Shown here: piece by piece, positions 47,244 through 57,029 of the stretch
Layout of the letters: each line of letters opens with the position of its first letter
Position numbering within the stretch: the first letter of the stretch is position 1
Virus record (IMG/VR): IMGVR_UViG_3300002895_000002
Span: 128,001 to 192,000 of that record
DNA length: 64,000 nucleotides
Direction: 5' to 3' (one strand)
DNA from: a virus
Taxonomy: Duplodnaviria > Caudoviricetes
Notes under the pieces: generated by a model
Seen by the model: only the letters and a program-made list of their open reading frames with translations
What the model was told of the DNA's origin: nothing
Databases searched by the model: none
Made by a program: the position numbers and the translations under genes

Positions 47244-47306
47244 ATCCTGACCACCAGATTGGATGATAAATAACCCTAGAGGACTCTTCCTCTGGGGTTT
47301 CTTATT

Positions 47307-47873
47307 ATGGCATTTGGAATTAGCATATCAGATTTTAGAACACAGATCAAGGACCTTGCTCGACCGAACAGGTTCAAGATTGAAATTAATCCCCCATCCG
47401 GAATCCCGACAGGTATGTTTGAGGATTTTCAGGACATAGCATTCTTTGCTAGGAATGCTTCCATACCCGAGAGAACAGTCAACGAACACACCATCAAAAA
47501 GTATGGTATGATGTATCATGTCGCTGCTGACATGGACTTCAGTGACCTTACCATTACCTTCCTAAATGACTACGAGTGGAAGTGTCGGACATTCTTTGAG
47601 GTCTGGATTGACAAGATTGCTAGGGCGAAGGATAACAAACGTCTTGAGCCTTCAGAATATCTGTACCAAAGCAGACTCAGAGTGTTTCAACTCGGCCGAA
47701 CCCAAAATGATATCCTCGCAAAATATGAATTCCATGATATCTACCCAAAGACGGTTGGGCGGATTGAACTCAGCATGGACAACCGAAGTGAGGTGGAAAC
47801 TTTTGATGTAACCTTCGTCTATACCTACTGGGTTCGAATAGATGATCAATGGAAAAAGTTTGGTGGTGAATAA
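47307..47873 (+). CDS. gp19: Tail tube protein paralogue 1
   Basis: ARPNRF, DLTITFLND, YEFHDIYPKTVG.IELS..VETFDVTF.Y. Confidence 0.8.
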   Translation: MAFGISISDFRTQIKDLARPNRFKIEINPPSGIPTGMFEDFQDIAFFARNASIPERTVNEHTIKKYGMMYHVAADMDFSDLTITFLNDYEWKCRTFFEVWIDKIARAKDNKRLEPSEYLYQSRLRVFQLGRTQNDILAKYEFHDIYPKTVGRIELSMDNRSEVETFDVTFVYTYWVRIDDQWKKFGGE

Positions 47874-48514
47874 TGAGCTTTCTTCAACACGTTGACAACC
47901 TAAAGATTCGGTTCTTGGACATTGCTCGTCCAAACATGTTTGAGATTCTGATTGATACTTCCCGCCTTGGGTTGACTCAGCCAGGTAATGAGATGATCCG
48001 TGCAGCTGTCAAAACTACTTCCTTTCCCTCTGTGACTGTTGGTGACCTTGGGTTGACTCGGATGGGCGTTAAATACCCATTACCGGGTGATGTGTCATGG
48101 GGTGAATCATCTGTTACATTCTTCAACGATGCTAACTTCAAGATATTTGACTTCTTCCAGGAATGGAGACGGATGTATCTTCGCCAAGGCATCAATAACC
48201 AAGGTGGTGTGCCAAAGAACGCTCTGGCTGCTGATGTCAAGATAGTTCAACTGTACGGTAACCACGAACAGGCCAAGATTTGTACCCTCAAACATGCCTG
48301 GCCATCTGTGATTGGAGATATCCAACTCGACCACGAATCTGAGAACGCTTCTGAATCGTTCCAGGTTACTTTCTCGTATGTCTATGCTAATTGGAGTAGA
48401 ACACTCACAGAGAACTCTTCTGGTATTTCTGAGGACTCCCAAGGTTCATCTGATTCAGAATTGAGTGACATCCAGGAAGTTCCTGTTTGGGTAGAAGATC
48501 GAATTACTTTTTAA
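47873..48514 (+). CDS. Tail tube protein paralogue 2 (gp19/gp54-like)
   Basis: ARPNMF, LPGD..W..TFFND, HAWPSVIGDIQLD, FQVTFSY. Confidence 0.75.
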   Translation: MSFLQHVDNLKIRFLDIARPNMFEILIDTSRLGLTQPGNEMIRAAVKTTSFPSVTVGDLGLTRMGVKYPLPGDVSWGESSVTFFNDANFKIFDFFQEWRRMYLRQGINNQGGVPKNALAADVKIVQLYGNHEQAKICTLKHAWPSVIGDIQLDHESENASESFQVTFSYVYANWSRTLTENSSGISEDSQGSSDSELSDIQEVPVWVEDRITF

Positions 48515-48524
48515 AGGTAATCTC

Positions 48525-49067
48525 ATGGCAAAAAATCCGTACCGTGCACAATCACATATGAACACCGAGGACTTCATCTCTAACAGTTTCCTGAATAGGA
48601 ATGCTGGTCTGTTGAGGAAGAACCGGTTTATCATCACTACGTCACTGAACGATGACCGTCTGCAATGGAATGCTGTTCAGGTCAACTGCCCGGGAGTTGA
48701 GATCGGGATGCAAGACGGTGAGTTCAACGGAGTTCCGAGATGGGCACCCAGGACCCGACAAGATAATGAGATGTCTATCACTTTTCTTGAGACTCCCATG
48801 CTTGAGATTAGAAGACTCTTTTCAAACCTCATTAGCGGTGGTGTTCAAGTTCACAATGAGTGGGCGGTAACTCGGAACTATCTCAAAAATCTGTACATGA
48901 CTATCAAGGTCATGCCACTCACCCCAAAAGGCAACGCATACAACGGTGATATATTCGAGCACTGCTTTCCTTACTCGGTTGGGGCGATGGATTATAACAC
49001 CGCCGAAGAGAATAGCATTGGCCTGACTGAGGTCAAATTCAAGTACGTCCTGCATCGTGTTTTTTAG
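48525..49067 (+). CDS. Tube-fold protein paralogue 3 (gp54-like)
   Basis: RKNRF, VNCPG, ITFLET, HCFP..VG.MDYN..EVKFKY. Confidence 0.6.
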   Translation: MAKNPYRAQSHMNTEDFISNSFLNRNAGLLRKNRFIITTSLNDDRLQWNAVQVNCPGVEIGMQDGEFNGVPRWAPRTRQDNEMSITFLETPMLEIRRLFSNLISGGVQVHNEWAVTRNYLKNLYMTIKVMPLTPKGNAYNGDIFEHCFPYSVGAMDYNTAEENSIGLTEVKFKYVLHRVF

Positions 49068-49134
49068 CGATAAATAATAAAGAACATCCATCAGAAAACA
49101 ACCATATGTCAATGAACAAAGGAGAACAAACAAC

Positions 49135-49854
49135 ATGGCATTACCCAAACTGAACGAAACCGTAAACTTCGCAAAAATTACCCTTCTTTCCGGAAAAAAG
49201 ATCGGTATCCGTCAGTGGCGGATCAAGGACGAAAAAGACCTGCTCTTCGTGACTGAAGGGGTTGATGATGAGGATGTGGTGACTGAGGCGATGGTCAACT
49301 TCCTTCGGAATTGTGTTGACGATCAGGAGCTGTTTGATACCTTGTCCGAAACCGACATCCTGGAAGTAGCTTCTCAGATGAGACAACTGTCCAAAGGTGG
49401 AACGGTCGAATTTACTTTCCGGTGCAGTAACCCTGAATGTAAGATTCCCAATGAAGGGGAAGTAAAGATTGATGAGATTGTTCGGAAGAAAGAATTCGAC
49501 GGTAAGCCATACGAAGTCATCCCAGGTGTGTTCGTCACATTCAAAGAGATCTCTCACAAACGTCGAGTTGAACTGGAAAAGGCGTCAGAGAAGCTGACGG
49601 AATACAACTTCAAATATCTGTGCAACTCCATCGAGACTGTCACAGTCAACGGAGTTACTTACACTGAGTTTACTCCAGAAGAAGTGGAACTGTTCCTGGG
49701 TGAGATCGACGACCTTACTGCCGGCGAGAAGCTTTACGAAGAGATGGACAAGAGAGTTGCAACATTTGACCTTGATATAAAAGGGGTCTGCTCCGCCTGT
49801 AAGACGGAAACGGAGGTTGTGTTCACAAACCCTTTAGCATTTTTCGTTTTCTAG
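49135..49854 (+). CDS. gp26: Baseplate hub assembly chaperone
   Basis: MALPKL..LLSGKKI.IR..KDEKDLL; CxxxxC and CxxC pairs; ends ...FF. Confidence 0.85.
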   Translation: MALPKLNETVNFAKITLLSGKKIGIRQWRIKDEKDLLFVTEGVDDEDVVTEAMVNFLRNCVDDQELFDTLSETDILEVASQMRQLSKGGTVEFTFRCSNPECKIPNEGEVKIDEIVRKKEFDGKPYEVIPGVFVTFKEISHKRRVELEKASEKLTEYNFKYLCNSIETVTVNGVTYTEFTPEEVELFLGEIDDLTAGEKLYEEMDKRVATFDLDIKGVCSACKTETEVVFTNPLAFFVF

Positions 49855-50027
49855 TCACTGATAACAGTCTAGGAAACATCTTTACAATCATTTTCTGGAT
49901 GAAGAAGAACTATAACTTCGGTATTCAGGAAATGGAGGACCTAAGTCCAGCAGAGTTTGAAATTTATTATTACATGGCCTTGGCTGATTGGAAACAAGAA
50001 CAAGAAGCAAAGGCGAACGCCCGATAA
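49842..50027 (+). CDS. gp51: gp51-like hub assembly catalyst; no start codon for its N-terminal part, -1 frame relative to gp26
   Basis: DNSLGNIFTIIFWMKKNYNFGIQEMEDLSPAEFEIYY follows the gp51 pattern; lies between gp26 and the tape measure. Confidence 0.7.
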   Translation, partial: FRFLVTDNSLGNIFTIIFWMKKNYNFGIQEMEDLSPAEFEIYYYMALADWKQEQEAKANAR

Positions 50028-50039
50028 AGCGAGTGTGAG

Positions 50040-53000
50040 ATGGCTAAAAATACCCTAAGAGCATCTGATCTTGATACTAGCAAGATGAACCAGACTGTTG
50101 CTCAACAACTCCTCAAAGCAATGCAGGATGTCGCAGCCGAAACCAAAGAGGTAAAGACTGCGATGCAGGACCAAGTGAAGATTGTTAATAAAAGCAACCA
50201 GGCTCTTGTAGCTTTGGGTGGAGCTTCCTCTGACGCAAAGGCTCACATCAGTGCTTTTGGTAAAAAATTCAAAGGAATGTTGGATAGGGGTGAAGAATCC
50301 TTCGGTGAAGCTCTGAACAGGATAAAGGATGATGCTACTCTTTCCAGTAAAGCAAAGAAAAAGCTACTGGATGAGGAACTGACATTTCAAAAGCAGTACA
50401 TCAAGTCCAGAGATAAAGTATTCAAGATTGAACTTGATCAATTCAAACAGAAACAAAAATACCATGAGTGGGAAAAAGCATGGAATAAGAAAGAGCTAAA
50501 AAGAAGGAAAGTTGAACGATTAATCGAAGAGAAAGAATGGAAGAGAAAGAAAAATCGTTGGCTGGAAGAAACAAGAAGACATAACCGTGACGAGGAGTAT
50601 TACCAGCAATACCAAAAAAGAGAAAATCAAAAAAAGAGAGATGAACTTGAAGGAAAGCAACACCTCTTTGGTAAATGGGGTAAGGCCCTTCTTCAAGGCC
50701 ATGGCCCTGATAAAAAGAAGGGCTTTGGTGGTATTGTATCTCAAGCAACCCAGGATTACGGTTCATATGGCAAATTGAAGCTTGCTTCCGTTCTTGGCAT
50801 GCACACCATGGCTCTGGTCTTTAAGACCCCTCTGTTTACTATGATGGCAACTGGGTGGGATCGCCACCTAAAAGAAAGAGAAGTTGCTGCCCGGGAACTT
50901 GATCAATATAATGAACAGTTGATGCGGGAAGAGTTTGATCGTAATGAGAGAAACCAAATTCGTGAAGATGAAATACAGAAGAGAGAACTTGAGAAAGGAG
51001 AATATGAACTAAAGGCTGCCAGAAAAAGAATTGACGAAGAAAATGAGTCTCTTGCATTCAAGAAAAAGATCCTAGAGCACGAATGGGAAAATGTCCTAGA
51101 GGAAAAGAAACTTACTCAATATAAGAAGATAAAAAGAAACCAAACATCCAGAACAGCAGAAAAAGAAGTTGAAAAGGTTGTATTGGAACTTCCAGCCCAC
51201 GCAGCTGGCGGAACGATGGCTGGTGGTCCTGCTATTGTTGGTGAGAAGGGTCCAGAGCTCGTAGAAGGTAAGAAGGGTGCCTTCGTCATGACGACAACTA
51301 ACCTTGTCCGGAACCTGACCAAACTCAACAATGGTTTCGGTGGGATCATGTCCACGGTTGGTAGGAAGCAGGAGCCAGGTAAGATCTTTGGGTCCCTTGC
51401 TGGTAGATTACTCGCCAAGCCGATGAGCCTTCTCAACACGCTGCCGGCTATCAAGAAGACTGAAGACCAGCAGCTGATCGTTCTCAAGGCCATCCAGAAA
51501 GGGATCGCTGATCTCAAACCGAAGGCTGCTGGTCCTGCTGCATGGGTTGACACTGATAAGAAGGCTGGTGGTGGAGCTATCAGTCTCATCAAGGATCTGA
51601 TCACCAACCCAGAGAAGGTCGCTGCTGGTATGTGGGCAGGGAGCAAGATCCTTGGGACCATCGGAGCAACTAAGCTCGGTGGAAAGGTACTGGGTAAGAT
51701 TGGCCTTGGTGGTTTTGGGGCAGGTGCTGGTGCGGCTGGTGGTGCAGCAGCGGGAGCAGCTACGGGGGTTGCTGGTAAGCTCGGTCTGAAGGCTGGTGCC
51801 CGGTTGATCCCTGGTGTTGGTATCATCGCATCAGGCCTGCTCTCTGGTGGTGCTGCCCTCAGCAAAGGTGAGGGATGGGGAGCTGCTCTCGGTAAGGGTG
51901 CTCTGTCTGCTGTGGGTACTGGTATTGGTCAACTCCTTACTGGTGGTATTGGTGGTGGGGTTGCTGGCGGTCTTGTCGGTGACTATCTCGGAGATATGAT
52001 CTTTGGTAAGAGTGCTGAAGCATCAGTAGAGCCAACCAAAGGTAATGAGCTACTTGACCAGAAGAAGAAAGGTAACCTCCAGGAAGAAGCGTACAAGGCA
52101 ATGATTGACCTTCGAGACATGGGATTGCCTGCATTGATGTCGATGGGTCAAAATGCAGATATTCAACAAAAAGAAGCACTGACTGTTGCAACGGGAATGA
52201 AGGGCTCCGGACCTACACCAACGGAACTTCATGCACCACCAGAAGAGAACATTGTTAGTCCTATTGTTGAAGATGAAAAGCTGTCAGTTTGGAAGAGGAT
52301 TGGAAGTTGGTTTGGTGGGGGTCAAGCAGCTTCTACTCAATTAACTCCAACTGTTGGTGGTACTGCTGGTGGGTCTAGATTTGTTGAAATTGGAGGCGAA
52401 CGCCGCATTGGCGGAACCAAGAACCTTCGTAACAACAACCCAGGTAACATCAGGATGTCTGACCATGCTAGGAAATATGGTGCAACAACTAAAGATGCTG
52501 ATGGATTTGCTATCTTCCCAACAATGAAGGCTGGTGAAGATGCCCAGAGGGATCTTTTGTTCAAGAGCAACCTTGGGACATCCTCACCGTATGGCAAGGG
52601 TAAAGCATACAAGGACAAGACCATCGAGGAAGCAATTTACACTTACGCACCACCTACAGAAAACAGATCCCGTCAATATGCGGATGCCATGATCCGTAAG
52701 ATGGGTGGCAATCGTAAGCTGTCTGATCTGTCTCCACAAGAGCAAGAGTATCTGCGTCAATCCATTGCTGACTATGAAGGCAAGGTAATGCCGAGGATTG
52801 AGAAAGCAACAGCAGCTGCTCCTCCTGGCAACAATACAGGAATGAACCTAACTACCAAAGCAGTCACAAAGAAAAAGATGATGGACGCTTCGAGAGTCAA
52901 GGAGCAAGCAAAAGCAGCATACAATAATGCAGACACAACGATCATGGCTGCGGTTGCTGCACAAAAGAAAGCCGCGGAAAAGAAACAACCAATCAACGTA

Positions 53001-53123
53001 GCAGTTCCTCCGCCTCAGGTTGTGGTTCAGGGTGGGTCCAGCAAGGACACCGGGCCTATAGTAATCAGCAGTGGGGATAATGAAACCAGTGTATCATCAT
53101 TATATCGATATATGCGTGGATAA
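50040..53123 (+). CDS. Tape measure protein with a putative muralytic domain
   Basis: 1027 aa; coiled coils, Gly/Ala-rich segment, NLRNNNPGNIR motif; follows gp26/gp51. Confidence 0.8.
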   Translation: MAKNTLRASDLDTSKMNQTVAQQLLKAMQDVAAETKEVKTAMQDQVKIVNKSNQALVALGGASSDAKAHISAFGKKFKGMLDRGEESFGEALNRIKDDATLSSKAKKKLLDEELTFQKQYIKSRDKVFKIELDQFKQKQKYHEWEKAWNKKELKRRKVERLIEEKEWKRKKNRWLEETRRHNRDEEYYQQYQKRENQKKRDELEGKQHLFGKWGKALLQGHGPDKKKGFGGIVSQATQDYGSYGKLKLASVLGMHTMALVFKTPLFTMMATGWDRHLKEREVAARELDQYNEQLMREEFDRNERNQIREDEIQKRELEKGEYELKAARKRIDEENESLAFKKKILEHEWENVLEEKKLTQYKKIKRNQTSRTAEKEVEKVVLELPAHAAGGTMAGGPAIVGEKGPELVEGKKGAFVMTTTNLVRNLTKLNNGFGGIMSTVGRKQEPGKIFGSLAGRLLAKPMSLLNTLPAIKKTEDQQLIVLKAIQKGIADLKPKAAGPAAWVDTDKKAGGGAISLIKDLITNPEKVAAGMWAGSKILGTIGATKLGGKVLGKIGLGGFGAGAGAAGGAAAGAATGVAGKLGLKAGARLIPGVGIIASGLLSGGAALSKGEGWGAALGKGALSAVGTGIGQLLTGGIGGGVAGGLVGDYLGDMIFGKSAEASVEPTKGNELLDQKKKGNLQEEAYKAMIDLRDMGLPALMSMGQNADIQQKEALTVATGMKGSGPTPTELHAPPEENIVSPIVEDEKLSVWKRIGSWFGGGQAASTQLTPTVGGTAGGSRFVEIGGERRIGGTKNLRNNNPGNIRMSDHARKYGATTKDADGFAIFPTMKAGEDAQRDLLFKSNLGTSSPYGKGKAYKDKTIEEAIYTYAPPTENRSRQYADAMIRKMGGNRKLSDLSPQEQEYLRQSIADYEGKVMPRIEKATAAAPPGNNTGMNLTTKAVTKKKMMDASRVKEQAKAAYNNADTTIMAAVAAQKKAAEKKQPINVAVPPPQVVVQGGSSKDTGPIVISSGDNETSVSSLYRYMRG

Positions 53124-53867
53124 TCTTCGTTTATGTGCTTCACTCATTTTACGGCGAGTTTCATCAGAAATTGGCTTTCGGTTTCTAGCTGATTCATTTA
53201 GTTTTTGTTGATGCTCAACAGAACGAGGTTTGATTGGTTTTCCTTTTTTTGATTCACTTAGTTTTCTTCTATGTTCATCTGTTCTGGGTTCAAGTTTTCT
53301 ACCTTTATTTGATTTTGATATTTTTCTTTTGGTTTCTTCAGAATGGGAAAATCCTTCTTTGGATTTTTTCATTCTTTCTAATGTTTCTTCAGACATTTTC
53401 TTACCTCTTCTAGCATTTCCTATCTTTGCTTTAGTTTCTTCTGTATGTTTATTGATTTTTCCTTCTTCTTTCCTTTTTACCCAAGCATCTTTTAGTTTTT
53501 GTTTATGGTTTTCTGATAATGGGCGTTTCATTTTATTTTTACTATCTTCTGTGTGATTATAATTCAGTCTCAACCAAGAGTAATCTTTAGAATTATATCT
53601 ACCATTTGATGACATCATTTTGAGTGCCATTGCTGTTTTATACCCCTTTTGTCCATTGTTTCTGTGTATTCTGGCTAAAAGCAGATGAGCAAGGAAGTGC
53701 TCACGTAAAGGAAGGTTGACTCTGTTCCATGAGCCATGTATATCTTCTATTCCATCAATTCTTGCGAACGACTTAGGAATAATATGATGATCTTCAGTTT
53801 GCTTCTTGATTTTGGGAGTGTTACGATTGCGTTCGATGATACGGTCGTAGATTGCTTGGTAGTCCAT
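53100..53867 (-). mobile_element. Free-standing HNH homing endonuclease with NUMOD3 repeats
   Basis: EDHHIIPKS..NRVNLPLREHFLAHLLL; repeated H(S/T)EETKxKI modules; AT-rich; antisense to the tail operon. Confidence 0.88.
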
Positions 53868-53884
53868 GACGGTTTCTCCTTACC

Positions 53885-53970
53885 GATAAATAGATGTGAA
53901 CGGGGACAGCAGTTTCTCCACTGTTGATCGTCTACGCCAATAGCGATCTAACCCGTCTCATATATTTATC
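53885..53970 (+). ncRNA. Candidate structured RNA (three-way junction) between convergent late promoters, copy 2
   Basis: GATAAATA (+) and TATTTATC (-); P1 ACGGG/CCCGT, P2 CAGC/GTTG, P3 ATCG/CGAT. Confidence 0.55.
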
Positions 53971-53994
53971 TAATCCAAGGTTTTTGGACAGAAT

Positions 53995-54117
53995 ATGGAA
54001 AATATAGATCCATTAGAAAATGTCAAGACAGAAATCAAACCGGACACTCCAGTCAAACCTAAAGAAAAGAAATCTTCTGGGTTGACTAGATTTAAGAAGT
54101 TTATCAAAAGAGGTTGA
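53995..54117 (+). CDS. 40-aa hypothetical microprotein
   Basis: MENIDPLENV...FKKFIKRG; abuts the gp48-like start. Confidence 0.45.
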   Translation: MENIDPLENVKTEIKPDTPVKPKEKKSSGLTRFKKFIKRG

Positions 54118-54119
54118 TA

Positions 54120-54965
54120 ATGGCAACAAAGAAAGGCACATTTGATTCTGCTGTTTTGGGAACTAGCACCCTCACAGCTACCCCAACCACAGATGCGTAT
54201 GTTGCTGGTGCTCTAAAAGATGCAAATAAATCAAAGATAGCCGCTTACCCTGCTGCCTCTGCTGGGGTTCCGATGGTGAATTTCCGAAAGAAGGGGTACA
54301 AGATGCCAACTCCTTTTGTGAAAGAAGCCAGAACAGAAGAATCGGCACCATCATCGGCTGGTCCGTCAAGTATCAGTCTATATATCCCGGGTGGCATGAA
54401 GGAATCCATTGGAGCTGAATGGGGTCCGGAAGATGTTCTCCGGACATTCTATACCAGCAAAGGTTGGATGTCTGGTGCAGGAGCTGATGTTATTGGTGCT
54501 GTGGTTGACAATGCAAAGCAGGGAGCATCAACTCCTGTTGCAACTGCTGGAGCAAAGACTGGGTCTGCACAATCACCAAACAGTCTATTCATCTTTCAGA
54601 AAGCAAAGGGATTTGCTCTTCAGTTTAACTATGAAATCATGATTATCGATCCAGCAGAAGGTAAGTATCTTCTGGAAGTAGCAAACTCGTTCAAAGCGTC
54701 TACTTTGCCTTCGATAGGAACTCTTCTTGAAGTTGCTTGTCTAAAATATCCAGACATCTGGGATATCTCATTTTCCGGCCTGAACGGAATTGGAAACCCA
54801 GTTATTGGTTCTGGTGGTAAATACAGAAACATGGCTCTTGTTCAATGTGATGTTGGGTATGGAGAAGGTGTTTCTGTTATGACCTATAAAGACGGGAACC
54901 CAATCAAACTATCCATTGGATTAACATTTCAAAGTATAGAACTTGCTTTCCAGCCTGGTAAATAA
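54120..54965 (+). CDS. gp48: Baseplate tail-tube cap
   Basis: ISLYIP..EW, F.F.Y.., KYPDIWDISF, L.Q.DV.Y, I.L.LTFQ.IE pattern. Confidence 0.75.
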   Translation: MATKKGTFDSAVLGTSTLTATPTTDAYVAGALKDANKSKIAAYPAASAGVPMVNFRKKGYKMPTPFVKEARTEESAPSSAGPSSISLYIPGGMKESIGAEWGPEDVLRTFYTSKGWMSGAGADVIGAVVDNAKQGASTPVATAGAKTGSAQSPNSLFIFQKAKGFALQFNYEIMIIDPAEGKYLLEVANSFKASTLPSIGTLLEVACLKYPDIWDISFSGLNGIGNPVIGSGGKYRNMALVQCDVGYGEGVSVMTYKDGNPIKLSIGLTFQSIELAFQPGK

Positions 54966-54974
54966 GGAATTCAA

Positions 54975-55502
54975 ATGGCTACACAATCATATCAGAACTA
55001 TAGCTTTTTTGATCAGTTCCCTGAGACGGAGATTGACCTCACTCAGTTTATCAAACGATTCTCAACTGAGACGCCATATGATTTCTCAAACATCCAGCCG
55101 GTTAAGACCACCCTCAAGAATCTGTTTGAACTGACTGAGGTTGTTGACAGTTTCAGGCGGAACGTTGCTACATTTGAACGGTATAACATTGTCGACGGTG
55201 AGCGGATTGAGAATGTGTCCTTCAAAAAGTACGGAACAGTCGACTGGTGGTGGATCATTGCTCTCTTCAATGAGATTAAGAATCCGTTTACCCAGTGGCC
55301 AATGAATGAGAACCAGATCGTTGAGCTTGTCGATCGCTTGGTGGAAAGTGAGAATAAATATTCCAGAGATGCTTACTACCAAATGGTCTTTGAACGAAAC
55401 GAGGAGAGACGGAGCATAACAATCCCATTGCAGCAGTATATTCCTGAAATCGTGTGGCTATACAGCACGAAGTCTGCTGCAAACATTGTAACTCCTTTAT
55501 AA
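54975..55502 (+). CDS. gp53: Baseplate wedge subunit (LysM-like)
   Basis: IVDGERIENVSFKKYGTVDWWWIIALFNEIKNPFTQWP. Confidence 0.88.
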   Translation: MATQSYQNYSFFDQFPETEIDLTQFIKRFSTETPYDFSNIQPVKTTLKNLFELTEVVDSFRRNVATFERYNIVDGERIENVSFKKYGTVDWWWIIALFNEIKNPFTQWPMNENQIVELVDRLVESENKYSRDAYYQMVFERNEERRSITIPLQQYIPEIVWLYSTKSAANIVTPL

Positions 55503-55505
55503 TAC

Positions 55506-56720
55506 ATGTCATCTGAACTTACCACATTATCCCTTCGGCTGAATAAGCTAGCGATAGCTGACATTCCGTTGGATTGCTCGTACGTCAACAAAATCTCAAT
55601 CTATGAGAGCCTTACTCAGCCAGGAATAACCGGCAGTATCGAGTTCAGAGACTGGCAAGGTTTAATGGAACTGGGCCAGCCGATTCTTGGTGATACTATC
55701 GATATCTCTTTTGGCTCTGAAGACAGAACTATTCATCCACTAAAGTTTACCCTTCTGTCTATTGATGGCATCCAAGAGTTTGAAGACACAACATTCAACG
55801 TCTACAAACTGACATTCTGTTCACCTTGGCTTGTTCCTGCCATGTCTAAACAGGTAAGTAAAGCGTTCAAAAACAAATATATCCACGAAATAATCCAAGA
55901 GTTACTTGTTGATATCAACGCTCCGGTTGGATTTATTGAGCCAACCAAACAGAAACTTGAACATTATTGTTCTCCGCTCTGGACTCCACTCAGATCAATA
56001 ACTCAACTCCTGTCTTATGCTGTCAACGAACAGAGGGTAGGTGGTTATGTTCTGTGGACCGACTTCGAGACTGGAAAGATCAACTGTGCAACGATAGATT
56101 GGATCCTGAAGAACATGGGGGAGACTGATCGCCCTATGTTTATGAAGGCAGGAAACTGGAAATATGAAGGCAGGGTTCATGCTGTTAGTGTTGAGCAAGA
56201 CTTTGACCTCATCAAGTTTCTAAACATGGGAATGGGTAAGACTCTTGTTGCTGCTCTAGATTATGACCGAGATGATTTCTATGTAACCAAAGAAAACATC
56301 AAGGAATATAAACACAAGCACCTCGCAAAGAAGTATCCTCTTCCAGCAAAATATCTGACAGATGAGTATCTAACTAGATCAAGCACAGAGCTTTACCCGT
56401 CAACTGAAAATATGGTTGAGGAGCAGGATTTCCACGACCAAGTAGATGGAAGTCTATTCACCAATTATACCATGTATTTCTCAGACATCAATAAAGTCAA
56501 TATCCTTGTCAACCCAAACTCAGACAGGCGGGTCGGTATGCTTCAACGTTTGGACTACCCATCTGTGAACGAAGCTAAGAAGGACTTTTCAAAACAGATG
56601 CAAGGAATGTATCTTATCCGTTCCATCCATCATATTATCAGCAAGAGTGACTATACCCAAGCAATCACCCTCGCATCTGATGGCTATCACAACCATGATA
56701 AATCATTAGTGGAGTGGTGA
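55506..56720 (+). CDS. Baseplate hub protein (gp27-like)
   Basis: ISIYESL..PGITGSI; G.YLIRSIHH.I C-terminus; precedes gp5. Confidence 0.65.
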   Translation: MSSELTTLSLRLNKLAIADIPLDCSYVNKISIYESLTQPGITGSIEFRDWQGLMELGQPILGDTIDISFGSEDRTIHPLKFTLLSIDGIQEFEDTTFNVYKLTFCSPWLVPAMSKQVSKAFKNKYIHEIIQELLVDINAPVGFIEPTKQKLEHYCSPLWTPLRSITQLLSYAVNEQRVGGYVLWTDFETGKINCATIDWILKNMGETDRPMFMKAGNWKYEGRVHAVSVEQDFDLIKFLNMGMGKTLVAALDYDRDDFYVTKENIKEYKHKHLAKKYPLPAKYLTDEYLTRSSTELYPSTENMVEEQDFHDQVDGSLFTNYTMYFSDINKVNILVNPNSDRRVGMLQRLDYPSVNEAKKDFSKQMQGMYLIRSIHHIISKSDYTQAITLASDGYHNHDKSLVEW

Positions 56721-56721
56721 T

Positions 56722-57021
56722 ATGTTTGGTAAGGAATTTACAGCACGTGGGTCTGATGTTGAGCTCACTGGGTTCTTTGTTGCGAAGGTCCTGAAGAACG
56801 CTGACCCAAAAGCTCAGGAGCGGGTGTTTGTCCGAATCCTTGGTGTCCACGATATGGAAGTTGAGGATGAAGAGTACGGCTGTTGGGCTCAACATTGTGC
56901 TCCAAGCAAAAACTCCGGAGGAGATATCCCGGACGTAGATGATTGGATCTACGTTTTCTTTATGAATTCTAACGATCCGATGTCATGTGTTTGGCTCGGT
57001 TGGGTCCGGACAACGAAATAA
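56722..57021 (+). CDS. gp5: Tail spike gp5, stand-alone N-terminal OB-fold
   Basis: FFVAKV...DP....RVFVRILGVH...W......P....W.YVFF. Confidence 0.8.
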   Translation: MFGKEFTARGSDVELTGFFVAKVLKNADPKAQERVFVRILGVHDMEVEDEEYGCWAQHCAPSKNSGGDIPDVDDWIYVFFMNSNDPMSCVWLGWVRTTK

Positions 57022-57029
57022 GGTAAGAT

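Noticed and set aside
47272-47299. Hairpin AACCCTAGAGG/CCTCTGGGGTT as a terminator
   Set aside because: It lies just downstream of a late promoter and 7 nt before the tube-gene ATG, so termination would block that gene; role unresolved, not called.
53200-53560. Repetitive pyrimidine-rich DNA
   Set aside because: Explained by NUMOD3 repeats of the minus-strand HNH gene.
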